Positions 1 through 14,070 of a DNA stretch of 64,000 bases are shown in pieces. Source of the stretch: Eledone cirrhosa (Eukaryota); assembly GCA_964016885.1 (NCBI GenBank), contig OZ024746.1, positions 7,564,001 to 7,628,000 on the forward strand. The letters are read 5' to 3'. The notes beneath the pieces are model-generated. The model saw nothing but the letters and a program-made list of their open reading frames with translations, made no database searches and had not been told where the DNA came from. The number at the start of each line of letters is the position of its first letter. Positions within the stretch are counted from its first letter, which is position 1. A program made the position numbers and the translations under genes.

Positions 1-781
1 AGGACCTCCTCGGTGGGTTGGAGGACAGTGTCCTCTGAGGCAACAACTCTGACTGCGGCTGAGACATCACCCATGATAAGCTTTGCGTTTACCTGGTCAC
101 GCAAACGCTTGGTACTGGCCTCGGGGGTGGAGGATAGGGGGTACCTGAGGGTGGGGTGTGTGGCATCCCTGGGCACGCTTGGAATGGGCGCTCACCCAAA
201 TGACGAGACATTGGCCTTGACGAAGGCTGCTGCTGCCGGCCGCCCCGGTCAGCGCTAGAGCTGGGGAGGCCGAGTGGGGCAAAATAGAACAACTGCTCCC
301 AGTCACTGGCTCGATTGGAGTCCAGGGCGCTCTCAATCGAGGAAGCGAGGGCATCGGCTACCAGCACCCGTGCTGCTCTCGGGATCCTGAGTGGGATCTT
401 CCGGAGCCGCCTGAGCCGAGTGTTGTTGACCAGCGAGGCTCGGGCGTCAGGCAAGCTCGCTGTTCCATCTGGTGGTGTGCCAGATGGCCGTGGCTGGGAA
501 GACGTAGGGAATAGGCAGCTCCTGCACCTCCACGCAGCGAGGGCATTGGAAGCTCGACGAGTCAAGCTAACACAGGTGAGGTGGTGGAAGCAGCCGCACC
601 CCAAACAGTTCCGGCCCCTCTTCCGTTTGTTAGTAGTGCCGCAAGTGCTGCAGGTGTCGATTTGGAGGGGTGGGGGATGGGGCGTGGGGTCCGAGACTGG
701 GGCACCGAGCGGCATCAGGGGTGGGTGGCTGGTGTGTGTGGTTGGAAGGGAAATTGCTGGTAAGAGGGCAACATAGGTCAC
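1..781 (-). mobile_element. 5' part of a CRE-clade (RLE-type) non-LTR retrotransposon ORF with an N-terminal PHD-like finger; frameshifted, runs off the left edge
   Basis: GC-rich block in AT-rich DNA. The ORF gives CSTC..CLGCGCFHHLTC..WRCRSC, then RIPRAARVLVADALASSIESAL..DWEQLFYFAPLGL. After a frameshift and one stop (about 200-250) another frame reads KRLRDQVNAKLIMGDVSAAVRVVASEDTVLQPTEEVL. I recognise these as pre-RT motifs of CRE-like elements (family knowledge, not searched). Confidence 0.75.
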
Positions 782-1272
782 CTATATATATGGAGGTGTT
801 AGAAAACGAGAACGAAAAGGGGCTGCATGGAGGGGGAGACACAGGAAGGTAGAATGGCAGTAAATGAATGAGTGAATGGATGGATGTACACAAAAAAGGG
901 GGGGGGGACAAGGGGTTGTTCCCAGCGGAAAGACCCAGAATTCAGCACGCACACATGCGAGCAACTGAGCAGTTTGTCAAAGACGATATTCTCAATGGAC
1001 GCACTTACAATATTTGAATATAACTGAACCGTTGTGTCATTTAATTTGAAAAGTGGAGCAAAGTAAAAGGAAAATAGTGAATTTGGAGTGTCAATCCCTT
1101 GTGATTTTTTTACTTGTTTTCTTGAACATGACAAAACTTCTCTCAACTCACTGAGATATACTTCATTTACTCACCATTACTCAACCAACAAGCCACTCTT
1201 CACAATTCATACTATCATCCAACAAATGAACTAAACAGACAAACAAACAATCATCTTTAACTGCTATATATA

Positions 1273-1490
1273 TCATCATCACCGTTTTACGTCCGTTCTT
1301 CCATGCTAGCATGGGTTAGATGGGTTGTCCTGTTGTGGGCAGTGTCCAGTCGGCTGACCTTGTCTTGCTCATACAGGAACTGATTCTGGGGCTCAATTTC
1401 TACAGCTGGGTGCCCATCCTAATACCAACCTCATTTACAGTGAGTGATGGGTGATTTTTTTCTGTGGCACCTCCACGACCACTTTTCAGT
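1273..1490 (-). mobile_element. SINE, family B ((GAT)n tail; core GGTTGGTGTTAGGAAGGGCATCCAGCTGTAGAAA)
   Basis: The same core and (CAT/GAT)n tail recur at about 9074, 19325, 20585, 22400, 27580, 51040, 52080, 61110 and 63680-63900. Confidence 0.7.
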
Positions 1491-2319
1491 GGGAGGGGGT
1501 GGGGGCATATTGTCTATATGCTTCAGCTTGTTCCCGTGGGAAGTCAGGTCTTCTGCATTACTGCGCGACGTCAGAGGTCACGGTCGTGTATACATACACT
1601 TTATAAAGGATGTTCACCTCAGACATTTTCACCTAACCCTCTACTAACATTCATAATTAATGCATTATTTTTTCCCTTTTTCTATACATGCCTGAACATT
1701 GTAAAACGGTGATGATGATATCCTCCCACTCCTTTTCTAAACAAATATATCTCAAATATATTTGTAATTAAATATTAACTTTAATTATTTCATTTATTTC
1801 TGATGATTTGCTGAATGCAGACATAATAAAAGTAAATGAATAACAAAAAAAAATATGCCTATTCAGCTCATGTAGTAACAGTAATGAAACGCATGTTAAG
1901 TAATATAAAAAATCTTTATTCAAATCTCTCCTCTCTTCTTGCCTAGTTTTTCCTAATATTCTATTTATATTAAATTATTCCCCGAATTCTGGGAATCTTG
2001 TACCATACTCGAAGACTCAACATCTGGATGATTATATTACATAACTCCATCAACCATGTTGAGAACAACTATCTGGTAGGATGTTTTGTTCACATTTTGT
2101 TTGCATATTCAGTCGACACAAATATGAATTAACCAACTTAAAGAGAAACTTCTTTAGCATGGAAGATGGATGTTAAATGAACGATGATGATATATATATT
2201 CATTTATTATGGGTAAGTAGTAACATATTTTTTCACTGACCGGCTTGTTGGTATTGTGATTGTTGTTGTTTTGTGTGTGTGTATTTGTTACCATTATGTT
2301 TGCATGAAGTCATGAGTTT

Positions 2320-2500
2320 ACCCTGTTTGGTGTACAAGTACACTGTAACAACAGGACACACCAACAGAGCCTACATTGGATTAACCACCGGCGAATTTAA
2401 AACAAGGTTCTACCAGCACCAACACAGCTTTAGAAACCGGGCCCGGAGAAATGCTACAACACTATCCAGCCACATATGGGACCTCTGTGACAATAACACA
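2320..2500 (+). mobile_element. Penelope-like element GIY-YIG endonuclease fragment
   Basis: Translation CLVYKYTVTTGHTNRAYIGLTTGEFKTRFYQHQHSFRNRARRNATTLSSHIWDL carries the VY..YIG.T..FK.R..QH..SF..T.LS.HIW.L signature of PLE GIY-YIG domains. It is truncated by an (AC)/(AT) microsatellite. Confidence 0.8.
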
Positions 2501-4124
2501 CACATATATATATATGTATATGTGTGTATGTATTATTATAATAATTTCGATCAATATACAAAATATCAATCATATTGCCTGTCCAATGCATGGGCCAACA
2601 GGAATGCTAAAAATAGCTCCAGATTAGGTCCTTAAGTCAGCTCCTCTAAAATTAGAACTTTTAGGAGCAGAATACATAATACATCAGACAAAATGTATCT
2701 AAGACCATGCATATAAATAGATAGATAGAAAAGCAGGAAAGTAAGCGATGAACTTACACATTGATTCCTAAAGCTTTTACAGCTGTTTCCTGCAGACAAG
2801 AACTAATGTCTTACCATTATTAGATAACAAGCATCATTAAGACATTGAGCTAATCATCAGTAGACAGTGTCTTACAAAACACACACAGTTCTGCCATTCA
2901 CCGTGCATTCTAAACACCATCTGTTAACACGTGTAGATGCTGCTTAAGGCTATTGGCAGTCGAACAGGAGTGTTAAAAATAGCTCTACTAAATTTCAAAT
3001 GTTGGGACAAATATACAGCAGTTATACACTTTTAGGAATCGGTTTTACCCTTTTCATGTAAGTTCATTGCTTACTTTCCCACACCTTTGTACTTGTAGAT
3101 TTCTCCACTAACTGGAGCAGTTGTGCCAACCCAATGTTGAATTAATAGGCAATCACCTGCGAAGCCACTGATGTTCACAACACCAAAGTCATCTAATAAA
3201 GCTGATGATCATCACGAGCTGCTGCTAATTATGATAGCTATATCAGAGGCACCTCATGCAGGTCGGTCTGCAAACTGAAAGAGGCTAGGTGCTCAGTTTG
3301 AATGAGCCTATATTGTACATCATCAGTTTGCTGAGTGGATTGAACAGACACCTTGAAAATAATTATCCGTAATGTCAGCATTTAGTCAAGTAGGATAAAT
3401 GGTTTTATTGAATTTAATACAATTTCTAAATTGACAAAGAAAAATGTTAATCCAATACATTCTAAAATAACTTTAATCCAACAAGAAACATCCTTTGAAG
3501 GGAACAATTCAACAATTACATATTTTCTTCTTGTGAGAAATTAAAAATAATCAGTCAATAACAAAACCCATAGTCAATATATCTATGGAGCATTTAAACT
3601 ATTTCTATTGATGCTGAAAAATACAATGTTATCAGATGAAAATTATGACAATAATTGAATTATGGTGCAGTTGATTAGAAAAGAAATAGTGCTGAAAAAT
3701 GTGTGTAAAAAAAGACCTCAAAGAATGAAATTTTGAAATAGAAAATAATTTTTAAAATGAATATTTATATATATGTATTGTTTTTATTTTTTACTTATTT
3801 TCAGAAAAGTGAAAATAGCCAACTATGAAAGCATCTGGTATAATTTTGAAAATAGGAACTTTCTGAGAGGCTTAGAATAAATTTTTCAATTTATTAATTT
3901 TTTTTAAAGTATGTTTTTGTAAAATTGGGTATTTTCAAAGTTGAGTTTAAAAGAGCCGACTATTTGGTGTTTAATAATAACATACAGTATAAAAGTATTG
4001 GATATTAAGTGAGAGTGGTGTAAAACAATGTGGTATACAAAAGAAAATAATTTGCATAGAAGTGAATTTCCAGGAAAGATTTAGTGCTAAACTGGAGTCA
4101 TTGTTACTGTAACATATAATAAAA

Positions 4125-4157
<33 letters not shown>

Positions 4158-4520
4158 CGATGATTATGGTCTGGTTTGGAAAATACCTGTTAAAATTTCA
4201 ACATCTTCACTTTTAAGGTGTAATCCCTATTTCCACTCTATTGATAGTTCATTATTATAAAGATCACATATATAGATATTTGATATAGAATATCACTTTC
4301 CTTTCTATTTCATTTATTGGTATATATGATTTATCAGAACCAGCCTCAAAGATAATAAAATCACTTAGTTAGATATTAATAATTATTAAATAACTCGTGT
4401 ACAGATTTACATTAAATGTATTATAATTTCTTCTCGATTTGTTACATACACTTAGGAGCAATAGAAATGACAGGAAAAAAGAAAACTGAACAATGTTTTG
4501 TTGTAACTAATTCAGTCTCC

Positions 4521-4758
4521 TTAACCCCTTAGTTACCAATCCAGCCAAAATCAGTTCTGGTTCTATGAAATAAAACCACCCATTTTAAAGATTTCTAATT
4601 TAAATTAAAATCTTCCAACAATTTTATATAAGAACCTTACATTAAGTTACTATCTTAGTAATGAAATAATTAATAATTTCAGTAAATCCCTCAAAATTCT
4701 TCATTAATTAATTAAAATAGAGAGTATTTCATTAGAAATGCAGTAATGAAAGGATTAA
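4521..4758. mobile_element. piggyBac-like MITE (TTAA target site), family P1
   Basis: Ends are TTAA-CCCCTTAGTTAC...GTAATGAAAGGA-TTAA. Homologous copies lie at 59284-59518 (full length) and about 55350-55552 (partial). Confidence 0.7.
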
Positions 4759-5009
4759 GATCAAAACTAACTGAGATTGAGTTGCTTTTCATCCTTCTAA
4801 GATCAATAATTTATGTACCAGTAAACATCAAAGAAAGAAATCATTATTTGTAGATTTTAAAATATATACTTCCAGATAACTAGTGGTTAATAGTAAAATT
4901 ATGACATTTTAAATTACATAATATTGTTTATAGCTAATTTTTATTTACACTTACTTGGGTTACTTTACATAAAGAAAGATCATTTCATTAAAAGTAGGTA
5001 CAACATAAT

Positions 5010-5196
5010 TGTTTCTACTTTAGGCACAAGGCCAGCAATTACCCAGTTCATTACTGGTACTTTATTTTATCGACCCCGTAAGGATGAAAGGCAAAGTCAA
5101 CCTCGGTGGGATTTGAACTCAGATCGTAAAGGGACGTAACTATGCTGGAAAGGATGGCGTCCGACCCTCTACCGATACTGCCAATCCACCGCCCTT
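5010..5196 (-). mobile_element. tRNA-derived SINE, family A, full length with 17-bp TSD
   Basis: TSD AGTAGGTACAACATAAT at 4993-5009 and 5197-5213. Has a B-box-like GAGTTCAAATCCC and the conserved CTTTGCCTTTCATCCTTACGGGGTCGATAAAATAAAGTACC core. Confidence 0.85.
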
Positions 5197-5384
5197 AGTA
5201 GGTACAACATAATGATTGTGTTCACTACTGTAAACAACAGTAGCACTATAAAACTGAGGAGTGTTTGGTGAGATCACAGTACTGAGTTCAAGTTTTCCTG
5301 TGAGTCTGGAGGATACAGTAAACTACTCCAGTGTATTTGTATTCTTCAGAGGTACCACCACAAAGGTGATTACATGATTAACCA

Positions 5385-7650
5385 TCAGCATAGATGTTGA
5401 GTCATAATTAGATTCTAATATGGAGCAATTCTTTTTCTGTCTGAACTTAAGTTCTTTAACTAAGTCTAATGTCAATCTCAAAGTAAATACTCTTGTCCTA
5501 AATTCAAATCAACTCAATCTTTTCTTAAAGCACAACATTTATATGGCTGATGACATAATTAAGAGCCAACAAGAGGTAAATTTTCCCTGGGAAGTACACC
5601 AGGTAATTTTCCACAGAAGGCTTTGTATTTGCTCACAGGTTAGTTAAACTAAAAGCAACTAGGATTAAGCATCCAGTCACAATATATACCTTCAACAGAA
5701 TATCAGTTCATGATATAGCTAAATCGACATTTTGTAAAACTTTAACATTCCTTAACCATGAAAGTACAGAATTATATACATATGTTGGACCATTGCTGGC
5801 TACCCAAGCATAATTAACATATATTCCACCACAAAACAGAATCCAGAGAAATTAGTTGGAGCTTCTAAAAGACAATAAGCTGATGATGAAATCCAAACTT
5901 TCATGAGTTTTGCTCATTGTTTCTTTTAATTTCCAAAACTTTTCTGAAAATATTGTGTACATTCTAGACTTGGCTGCCTAATTTCAAGAACAAAAATCCT
6001 ATTACAACCCCTGGAACCAAACACAATTATGATATGTTTCTACACCTACATGTAGGAAGACAGTGCATGAGTGTAAACTAATTTGTCTGCAAGCAAATAA
6101 ATATTTGGTGAAGTACAGCAGATATATATTTTAGTTTTGTACCATTTAAAAAGATGACTATCTCTCCAATGGTAATCTCTTAATTTTAAAAGACTAAAAA
6201 TCAGTCAATTTTTATTTATGAGTGCATCTTATATATATGTTTTCTCCTTTGAATGAGGGAGAGGATAGTTGAGCTTAGTAAAAATGTTTAAGTCTCATAA
6301 ATAATTAAAAAGAAAGTACAAATACATACTTATACATGCACATATATACACACATATACATATTGAGTTTTGATTGGTCAATTCATCTGTATACAATTTG
6401 GAGAGAGAGAGGCAGATAGTTAGTGGGTGAGTCAAATAAGACACTTTTATAAAAGCTGCAAGAATACCAATAAATGTTTATATCTTAATAGCAAAATGTT
6501 TCAAGTAATTTGAAGTAGGAATTAAAGATGAAGTTTTGTGTGTGCCATTTCTATGTTAATTATTATAACAGCTACCAATTCCAAGCATTATTTCTATGAC
6601 ACAAAGACAATATTAAGACTAACTAGAATAACAAAGCCAAATTTAGTGTTTCAAATGTGATTTAAAAGTAACTGGATGTTTTTTTTAAAATTTGACTGTT
6701 TATAGATTTTCCTTGTTATTTATTTTATTATCAAATTATTTAGATTCTAACTTGAATAATTACTACAAACTTTAAAAGAGTTGTTGTGGATCTTTTTAAT
6801 CAAATGGGGTAAAATTCTCCAATTCAACAATGTGTTGTTACACTTATCAATGAAAGTTCATATATTGTAGGAAAAAAAAATCAGAAAACCAACGCAGGAA
6901 GTTTGAGATAGTGGAATTTTTTTCAACAGTTATAGAAAAGTTATATTTTTTAAAACAAGATATTAAAAACAAATTTAGTTACTTTCTGGTAAGTAATCTT
7001 GAATTTAGAGGAAGCTAGGAGCTGTGTTGACCAATATCATTAATCTTTATCATATCTGACTATGTTATACAGGTCTTAAGGAAAGACACTGGTCAAAACC
7101 AACAGATGGGGTCCCTCAGATTTGGGGACAGAATTAAGCTTAGATACAACAGTTTTGTAAAATAATTCCAAATTACAGAAACCATAGAAATGGTTACTGT
7201 AGAGTTGAGAACCAGAGAGCAAACAAGTAGTTCAATGACTACTAGTTCTCAAACTCATTTGGAAGAAGATAGTTACTGGGACTCAGGTTCAAACTTGGAA
7301 TCTATAACACATAAAAAATAGCTTAAATAATCAAAGAGATGAAGGTTTAATAACTACTTAAATAATATCACCTTGAAAAAGAAAGACAGGTGAAATTTTA
7401 TAGGGATAGAATTATACCATACGAGAAGAAAAGTTTAATAGTCTACAACCAATACATAAGAATGGACACAATTATACATGTCTTCTCCAAGACTGAAGAG
7501 ATTAAATAGTAGACAAAGTCTTACTTTTGGAATCTTGTTGAAATGATATTGAGAAAATTTGTTTAATTATTAATGAAGAAATAAAACAATATTTTAAAGA
7601 AATGGCAACAATTTTCAAATATTTAAACTCCATAAACAAAATGTTTTAAA
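5385..7650 (+). pseudogene. Possible decayed LRR+TIR (Toll-like receptor-like) pseudogene
   Basis: Frameshifted or stop-interrupted LRR-like pieces: SID/LSHN*I at about 5387, VNTLVLNSNQL at about 5483, FPQKAL..LTG*LN*KQLGLS at about 5610. A TIR box1-like YDMFL/TYM*EDSA*V follows at 6028-6073 and a box2-like HLEKERQVKFYRDRIIP at 7369-7419. This is motif recognition only. Confidence 0.4.
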
Positions 7651-9073
7651 TATTTTTATACTAATTCATACAGATTTGTCTTAAAAAATAAGAGTCATCC
7701 AATCTAAATATATTTCAGATACAGACAATTCTAGTGAAAAACAAAAACAGGTTTGAAATAAGCCAGAAAATGCTCCGATTATGTTGTATGAATTATAACA
7801 GTAACAATATTTCCCTTGGTGATTTCCATTGTCATTTTATTGTTGAACAAGATTTTAACTCTTGAATTTCTAATGAATATTGATTTCTAAGGCACAATAC
7901 CTTAGATCTTTATGGGAAGGAAAATAACATGGTGCAAAGAAGAATATAAGAAAAATAAAAGTACTAGAGCTAGGTTTTAAACCAGGCTAGAGGTTTGGAT
8001 CACTATAAGCATAGCTACACTTTGTTGTATTTATGAATAGTAAAAATTGAACATTGTAAAATGGTTTGTTGATGCTATTATTGAACAACCAAACTTTGTG
8101 ATGGTAGATAAGAAATGTCTATTGTAATATAAACAGACAGGTGTGTACAGGTATAAAATGGTGTACCTGCCTCCAAAGAAGAAATGGAATGAAAGTGGGT
8201 GGTATTGATCATTATTCATATTTCATATATAAAACAAAACATTTAACAGAAATAATTAACAAGATATATCTTAAGTGGTTTTAGATAATTATTTCAAGTC
8301 CTAAGTTTCATTTGAGTTCAGTAAAGAGTCAAACTGTAAATTAAACTCTTGTTTAGTTTGAATCTCAATTTTACCAACTCTTTAGACTTTATCTAGAAAT
8401 TTTCTTTCAAAAGCATTAAAATATAAAAATAGTATTATTAACAATTTTGATATGTTTCTCACTCTAATACAACATAACTTTAAACAACACAATTTACTAA
8501 ATAAATAAAATAAATAAATGAATTTAGTTTTTAAAATTAAATTACACTTTTATGCAAAAAAACCCCCAACTTAAATGACAATAGAAATGTCTTTGTTTTA
8601 ATTCAGTATTCCTATTCAAGGCAAGAAAATGCTATAAACAAAACGTATTGTCTGATATAATAATTTAGTTCAGTCTTAAGTAGATGAAAGCCTTACATGT
8701 TTACTATGACTGTAAAGCTGCCACACCTGTATTCAAGCTTTGATGCTTAGCTGCCCAAAGAAATACTTTAATATATATTTGTGTGTGTCATTTTAAACTA
8801 ACATAAAAGATGACAAAACCAAATTATGATAGCACAAAAAGGTTTTAAAAAACATTATTTTTTTCCATTGGCACCTTTCTAAAATTATAAATAAGGTGTG
8901 AAAAGAACTAACAAATATTTTCTGCAAAATTGATGTCATCTCGTTAACTGTATTTCTGGTTTGTGCCAATTAAACTAGCCTCTTTTCATTACCAACTTAA
9001 TTCATTTGTGTATAGTTAGCTAACTCTTAACATCCTGTAATGATTTAGCAGAATTTTTTAAAAACTGGTTTCA

Positions 9074-9412
9074 TCATCATCATCATCATCATCTTATGTC
9101 CGCTTTTCCCTGCTTGCAAGGGTGGGACGGGAACTGATTCTGGCTTGATTTCTACAGCTGGATGCCCTTCCTAACACCAACCTCATTTACAGTGAGTGCT
9201 GGGTGCTTTTTTTCCCTGGCACCTCCACGACCACTTTGCAGTGGAATGATAGGACTCCAGTCCCTATCATCTCATTTCTACAGCTGAGTAAACTGGAGCA
9301 ATGTGAAATAAAGTGTCTTGCTCAAGGAAACAACACATCACCTGGTCTGAGAATTGAACTCACAACCTTTCGATTGCAAAGCCAATGCTCTAACCACTAA
9401 GCCATGAGCCTC
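9074..9412 (-). mobile_element. Adjacent/chimeric SINEs (family B 3' part joined to family C head)
   Basis: (CAT)n tail and family B core at 9074-9240, then family C sequence (CTGAGTAAACTGGAGCAATGTGAAATAAAGTGTCTTGCTCAAGG...CTAACCACTAAGCCATG) to 9412. Confidence 0.7.
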
Positions 9413-10319
9413 CATTTGTTTATTAATTCAAATATTTATATTAACTTTACTAGTGGACAAAATCATTATAAAAATTTGCAATATTAAAGTAAATATTTCA
9501 ATTATAGTGCTGTTTTGTATTTGTCAAGAATGTCTTAATAATGTAAACACTACATGTGACAAGGTAGGGCACATATAAATAGTCACATATGGTTGGCAAA
9601 TTTCTTTCCTACTCTTTATATTTACATTTATTAGATATTTTAACACTAGTTCATTAGAATATTACATCATCTGATAATGGGAATTTGATGTTTTAATTCA
9701 CAATTTTAGAGAAACAATTTGTCAACATTTTCTATTAATCTAATATGTGAGTGTATATTTATCTTATTGTATATGTGAATATATATAAGGAATGAAGAAG
9801 GCAATTCAGATGAGAGAGGATACATATAACACATGTATAAAAATGGATATTAAAATCCCAGACATGGACAATTTACTAATATGAAATGTCATTTTCAAAA
9901 ACAAATTGGTATCTATGACAATTTATAGTTATCTTTCAATACACTAAACACCATTGTTTTAATAGATTCACATCCAGCAAATCATGTTTGTAAAATAGCT
10001 GCCTTACAATGAAAAATAGTGAATGTAAATCTCATATCAAACTGTCACTGTTTTTGCATACAGTTATTATAACTGACAAAATAAAAGAAAAAGTATAGCT
10101 TTTAAATTTCAGGTGTTAAAAAGACCTTTTTTTCAGATAATTCAATAAAATCTCTTTATAATGTGTTCATTGGTGCAAAATAGATATGTTTTTTTTTTGT
10201 TTTTTTTACTTTATTTTTCTTGATAAACCACAAAACCTTCCTAGCTGCCATTTGTACATATAAAAAAAAAATCAGCAAAAAACTGCTTAAAATATAAGAA
10301 TACTGGAACTAATATATGA

Positions 10320-11547
10320 AGTATTATATATGATATATATATATATGATATATATATATATATGAAATGTATATATGATATATATATGATATATATATAT
10401 GATATATATATATATATGATATATATATATATATGATATATATATATATATGATATATATATATATATGATATATATATAATATATATATATATAATATA
10501 TATATATATATAATATATATATATATATGATATATATATATATATGATATATATATATATATGATATATATATATATATGATATATATATATGATATATA
10601 TATATATATATATGATATATATATATATATGATATATATATATATATGATATATATTTATATGATATATATTTATATGATATATATATTTATATGATATA
10701 TATATTTATATGATATATATATATATGATATATATATTTATATGATATATATATATATATGATATATATATATATATGATATATATATATATATGATATA
10801 TATATATATGATATATATTTATATGATATATATTTATATGATATATATATATATATGATATATATATATATATGATATATATTTATATGATATATATTTA
10901 TATGATATATATTTATATGATATATATATTTATATGATATATATATTTATATGATATATATATATATGATATATATATATATATATGATATATATATTTA
11001 TATGATATATATATATATATATGATATATATATATATATATGATATATATATTTATATGATATATATATATATGATATATATATATATATATGATATATA
11101 TATTTATATGATATATATATATATATATGATATATATATATATATGATATATATATATATATGATATATATATATATATGATATATATATATATATATAT
11201 ATATATGATATATATATGATATATATATGATATATATATATATGATATATATATATGATATATATATGATATATATATGATATATATATGATATATATAT
11301 GATATATATATATATATATATGATATATATATATATATATATATATGATATATATATATATGATATATATATATATATATATATATATGATATATATATA
11401 TATATATGATATATATGATATATATATATATATATGATATATATATATATATATATATATATGATATATATATATATATATATATATGATATATATATAT
11501 ATATATATATATGATATATATATATATATATGATATATATGATATAT

Positions 11548-11578
<31 letters not shown>

Positions 11579-11991
11579 GATATATATATATATATATGAT
11601 ATATATTATATATATGATATATATATGTATGATATATATATATATATATATGATATATATATATATATATATATGATATATATATATATGATATCTATAT
11701 ATATGATATATATATGATATATATGATATATATATGATATATATATATATGATATATTATATGATATATATATATATATATGATATATATTATATATATG
11801 ATATATGATATATGATATATATATGATATATATATATATGATATATATATGATATATATGATATATATATATATGATATATTATATGATATATATATGAT
11901 ATATATATGATATATATATATATGATATATATATGATATATATGATATATATATGATATATATATATATATGATATATTATATGATATATA
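10320..11991. repeat. About 1.7-kb interrupted (AT)n microsatellite, unit G(AT)n
   Basis: Directly visible: GATATATATAT units of variable length with some TTT variants. Confidence 0.95.
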
Positions 11992-12052
11992 CAGAGGGCT
12001 CACTCAGGTTCTATGATCTGAGGTCTTCCCAGTCTCTGTAACACAAAAACAC

Positions 12053-12095
<43 letters not shown>

Positions 12096-12524
12096 TTCAT
12101 ACACCAATACATATATATAGTGTGCGTTCTATGAGTACATAATATCATATATAATGTTAATGCATAATGTATAGTTCAACTATACTTTGGCTTTTTAAAA
12201 TAGCTTGCCATTTTCCATGGGATCAAGGGTTATATGACCACTTATGCTTTATAGTTAGTTCTTATCACTAAGACCTACTACTGTTCATTTATCGCAGATT
12301 TTCTTTCATTAATTTCAAACTCATATTTGCGACACACTCATGTTGGCTCAAGCTATCAGCAATTCCTACTAATGTCAACTCCTTAGAATGTGACAAAAAG
12401 TTTTAAAACTCAAAGTCAAGAAAAATTATTTAACATTACTTGAAATTCATTCAAATAAATATGTAACTAAGAGAAACCCATTCTACCTAATAACTATACT
12501 AACCCTATAATACATTCTAATAAT

Positions 12525-12790
12525 GTGTTTGAGGGCATCCTGAGAGGAGGATTGACAAAGTTGATAGTGTAACAGAAATGAGACAAAGACTTGTCACATC
12601 ATATCCCCATACCAACAGTATATTATATCTGCAACCAAGAAGTTCTCAATGACTGAGTCCACCATACTTGAAATAGGTACTGAAAATTGTATAATACACT
12701 ACTGAAAGCAGTAGTAGAATTGTGGAATTGATGAGATGTTCATTAATTTGCAATGGTATGTACCAATATTCTTGTAGTCGGAGAAGTTAT
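12525..12790 (-). mobile_element. Degenerate LINE (RTE-like) RT fragment
   Basis: The minus strand reads ..CAGGATGCCCTC (QGCP-like RT motif) in a degraded coding-like context. Weak evidence. Confidence 0.35.
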
Positions 12791-13369
12791 ATACAATAGA
12801 CTAACATCCTATCCTAAGACAGATTAATCTCTTTACTTAACACAATGGAAATTACAGTGACTTTGTGATTCAGTAAAATAGCTCAGATTAGAGTCTGTGC
12901 AAGGAATATATATTTTAATAATACTAACCTAATAATAAATTATACCAGGTTTAGATTAAATTTATGTGAGAAATAAATTCTAGGTTGTAACAGTAGCAAT
13001 CTTATACCATACATAATATTGGATTTAGGTTAGTTTCTAGGTGAGGAATATACCATAGAAAATAACAACTGTAAAAATGTTTATAAAAGTAGTCAGATTT
13101 TGAAGGCCAGTAGAGTTAAAGATATACAGACTAACCACAACTTTCTCATTCTCATCATAATAGGTCGTCTGGAGTGCCAGTAACGTTGAGGGCCAGCCCT
13201 ATATACAATTATTTCATGTGATAGCATATTTCACCACAGCAGTTTCAAACAGGCATTTCTAGTTCTTTCAGTTAAACATTTAACTTGATTTTAACATCAG
13301 CAATTTTCCTCCTGTCACAGCATAATGATTATAGCAAGCAAATAATAGTAATTAGACTCACATAACGCT

Positions 13370-13391
13370 ATATATACACACACATATGCAT

Positions 13392-13439
<48 letters not shown>

Positions 13440-13784
13440 TATACACACACACATATATATATATCATATACACACACATATATATATATCATATACACAC
13501 ATATATATATATATATCATATACACACACACATATATATATCATATACACACACACACATATCATATACACACACACACACACACATATCATATACACAC
13601 ACATACATATCATATACACACACATACATATATCATATACACACACACACACACACATATCATATACACACACACACACACACATCATACACACACACAC
13701 ACACACACACATCATACACACACACACACACACACACACACATCATACACACACACACACATCATACACACACACACACATCAT

Positions 13785-13831
<47 letters not shown>

Positions 13832-14022
13832 CATACAGTCATACATATACAGACATACATACCCACGCACACATATATATATATACACACACACACATAT
13901 ATGTATATATACACACACATATATGTATATATATACACACACACACACACACATACACACACATATACACATACACACCACACACATATATACAAACAGT
14001 TTATGTAATCGATTACATATAT
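13370..14022. repeat. Compound (AC)n/(AT)n microsatellite with ATCAT interruptions
   Basis: Directly visible. Confidence 0.95.
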
Positions 14023-14070
14023 AGAAAAAGAAATATGGAAAAGGAAAATGATAGCAGTTAATCATATATA

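Noticed and set aside
315-776. 153-aa plus-strand ORF
   Set aside because: Antisense shadow of the GC-rich CRE ORF.
11511-14065. YI- and HT-repeat ORFs
   Set aside because: Pure (AT)n/(AC)n microsatellite translations.
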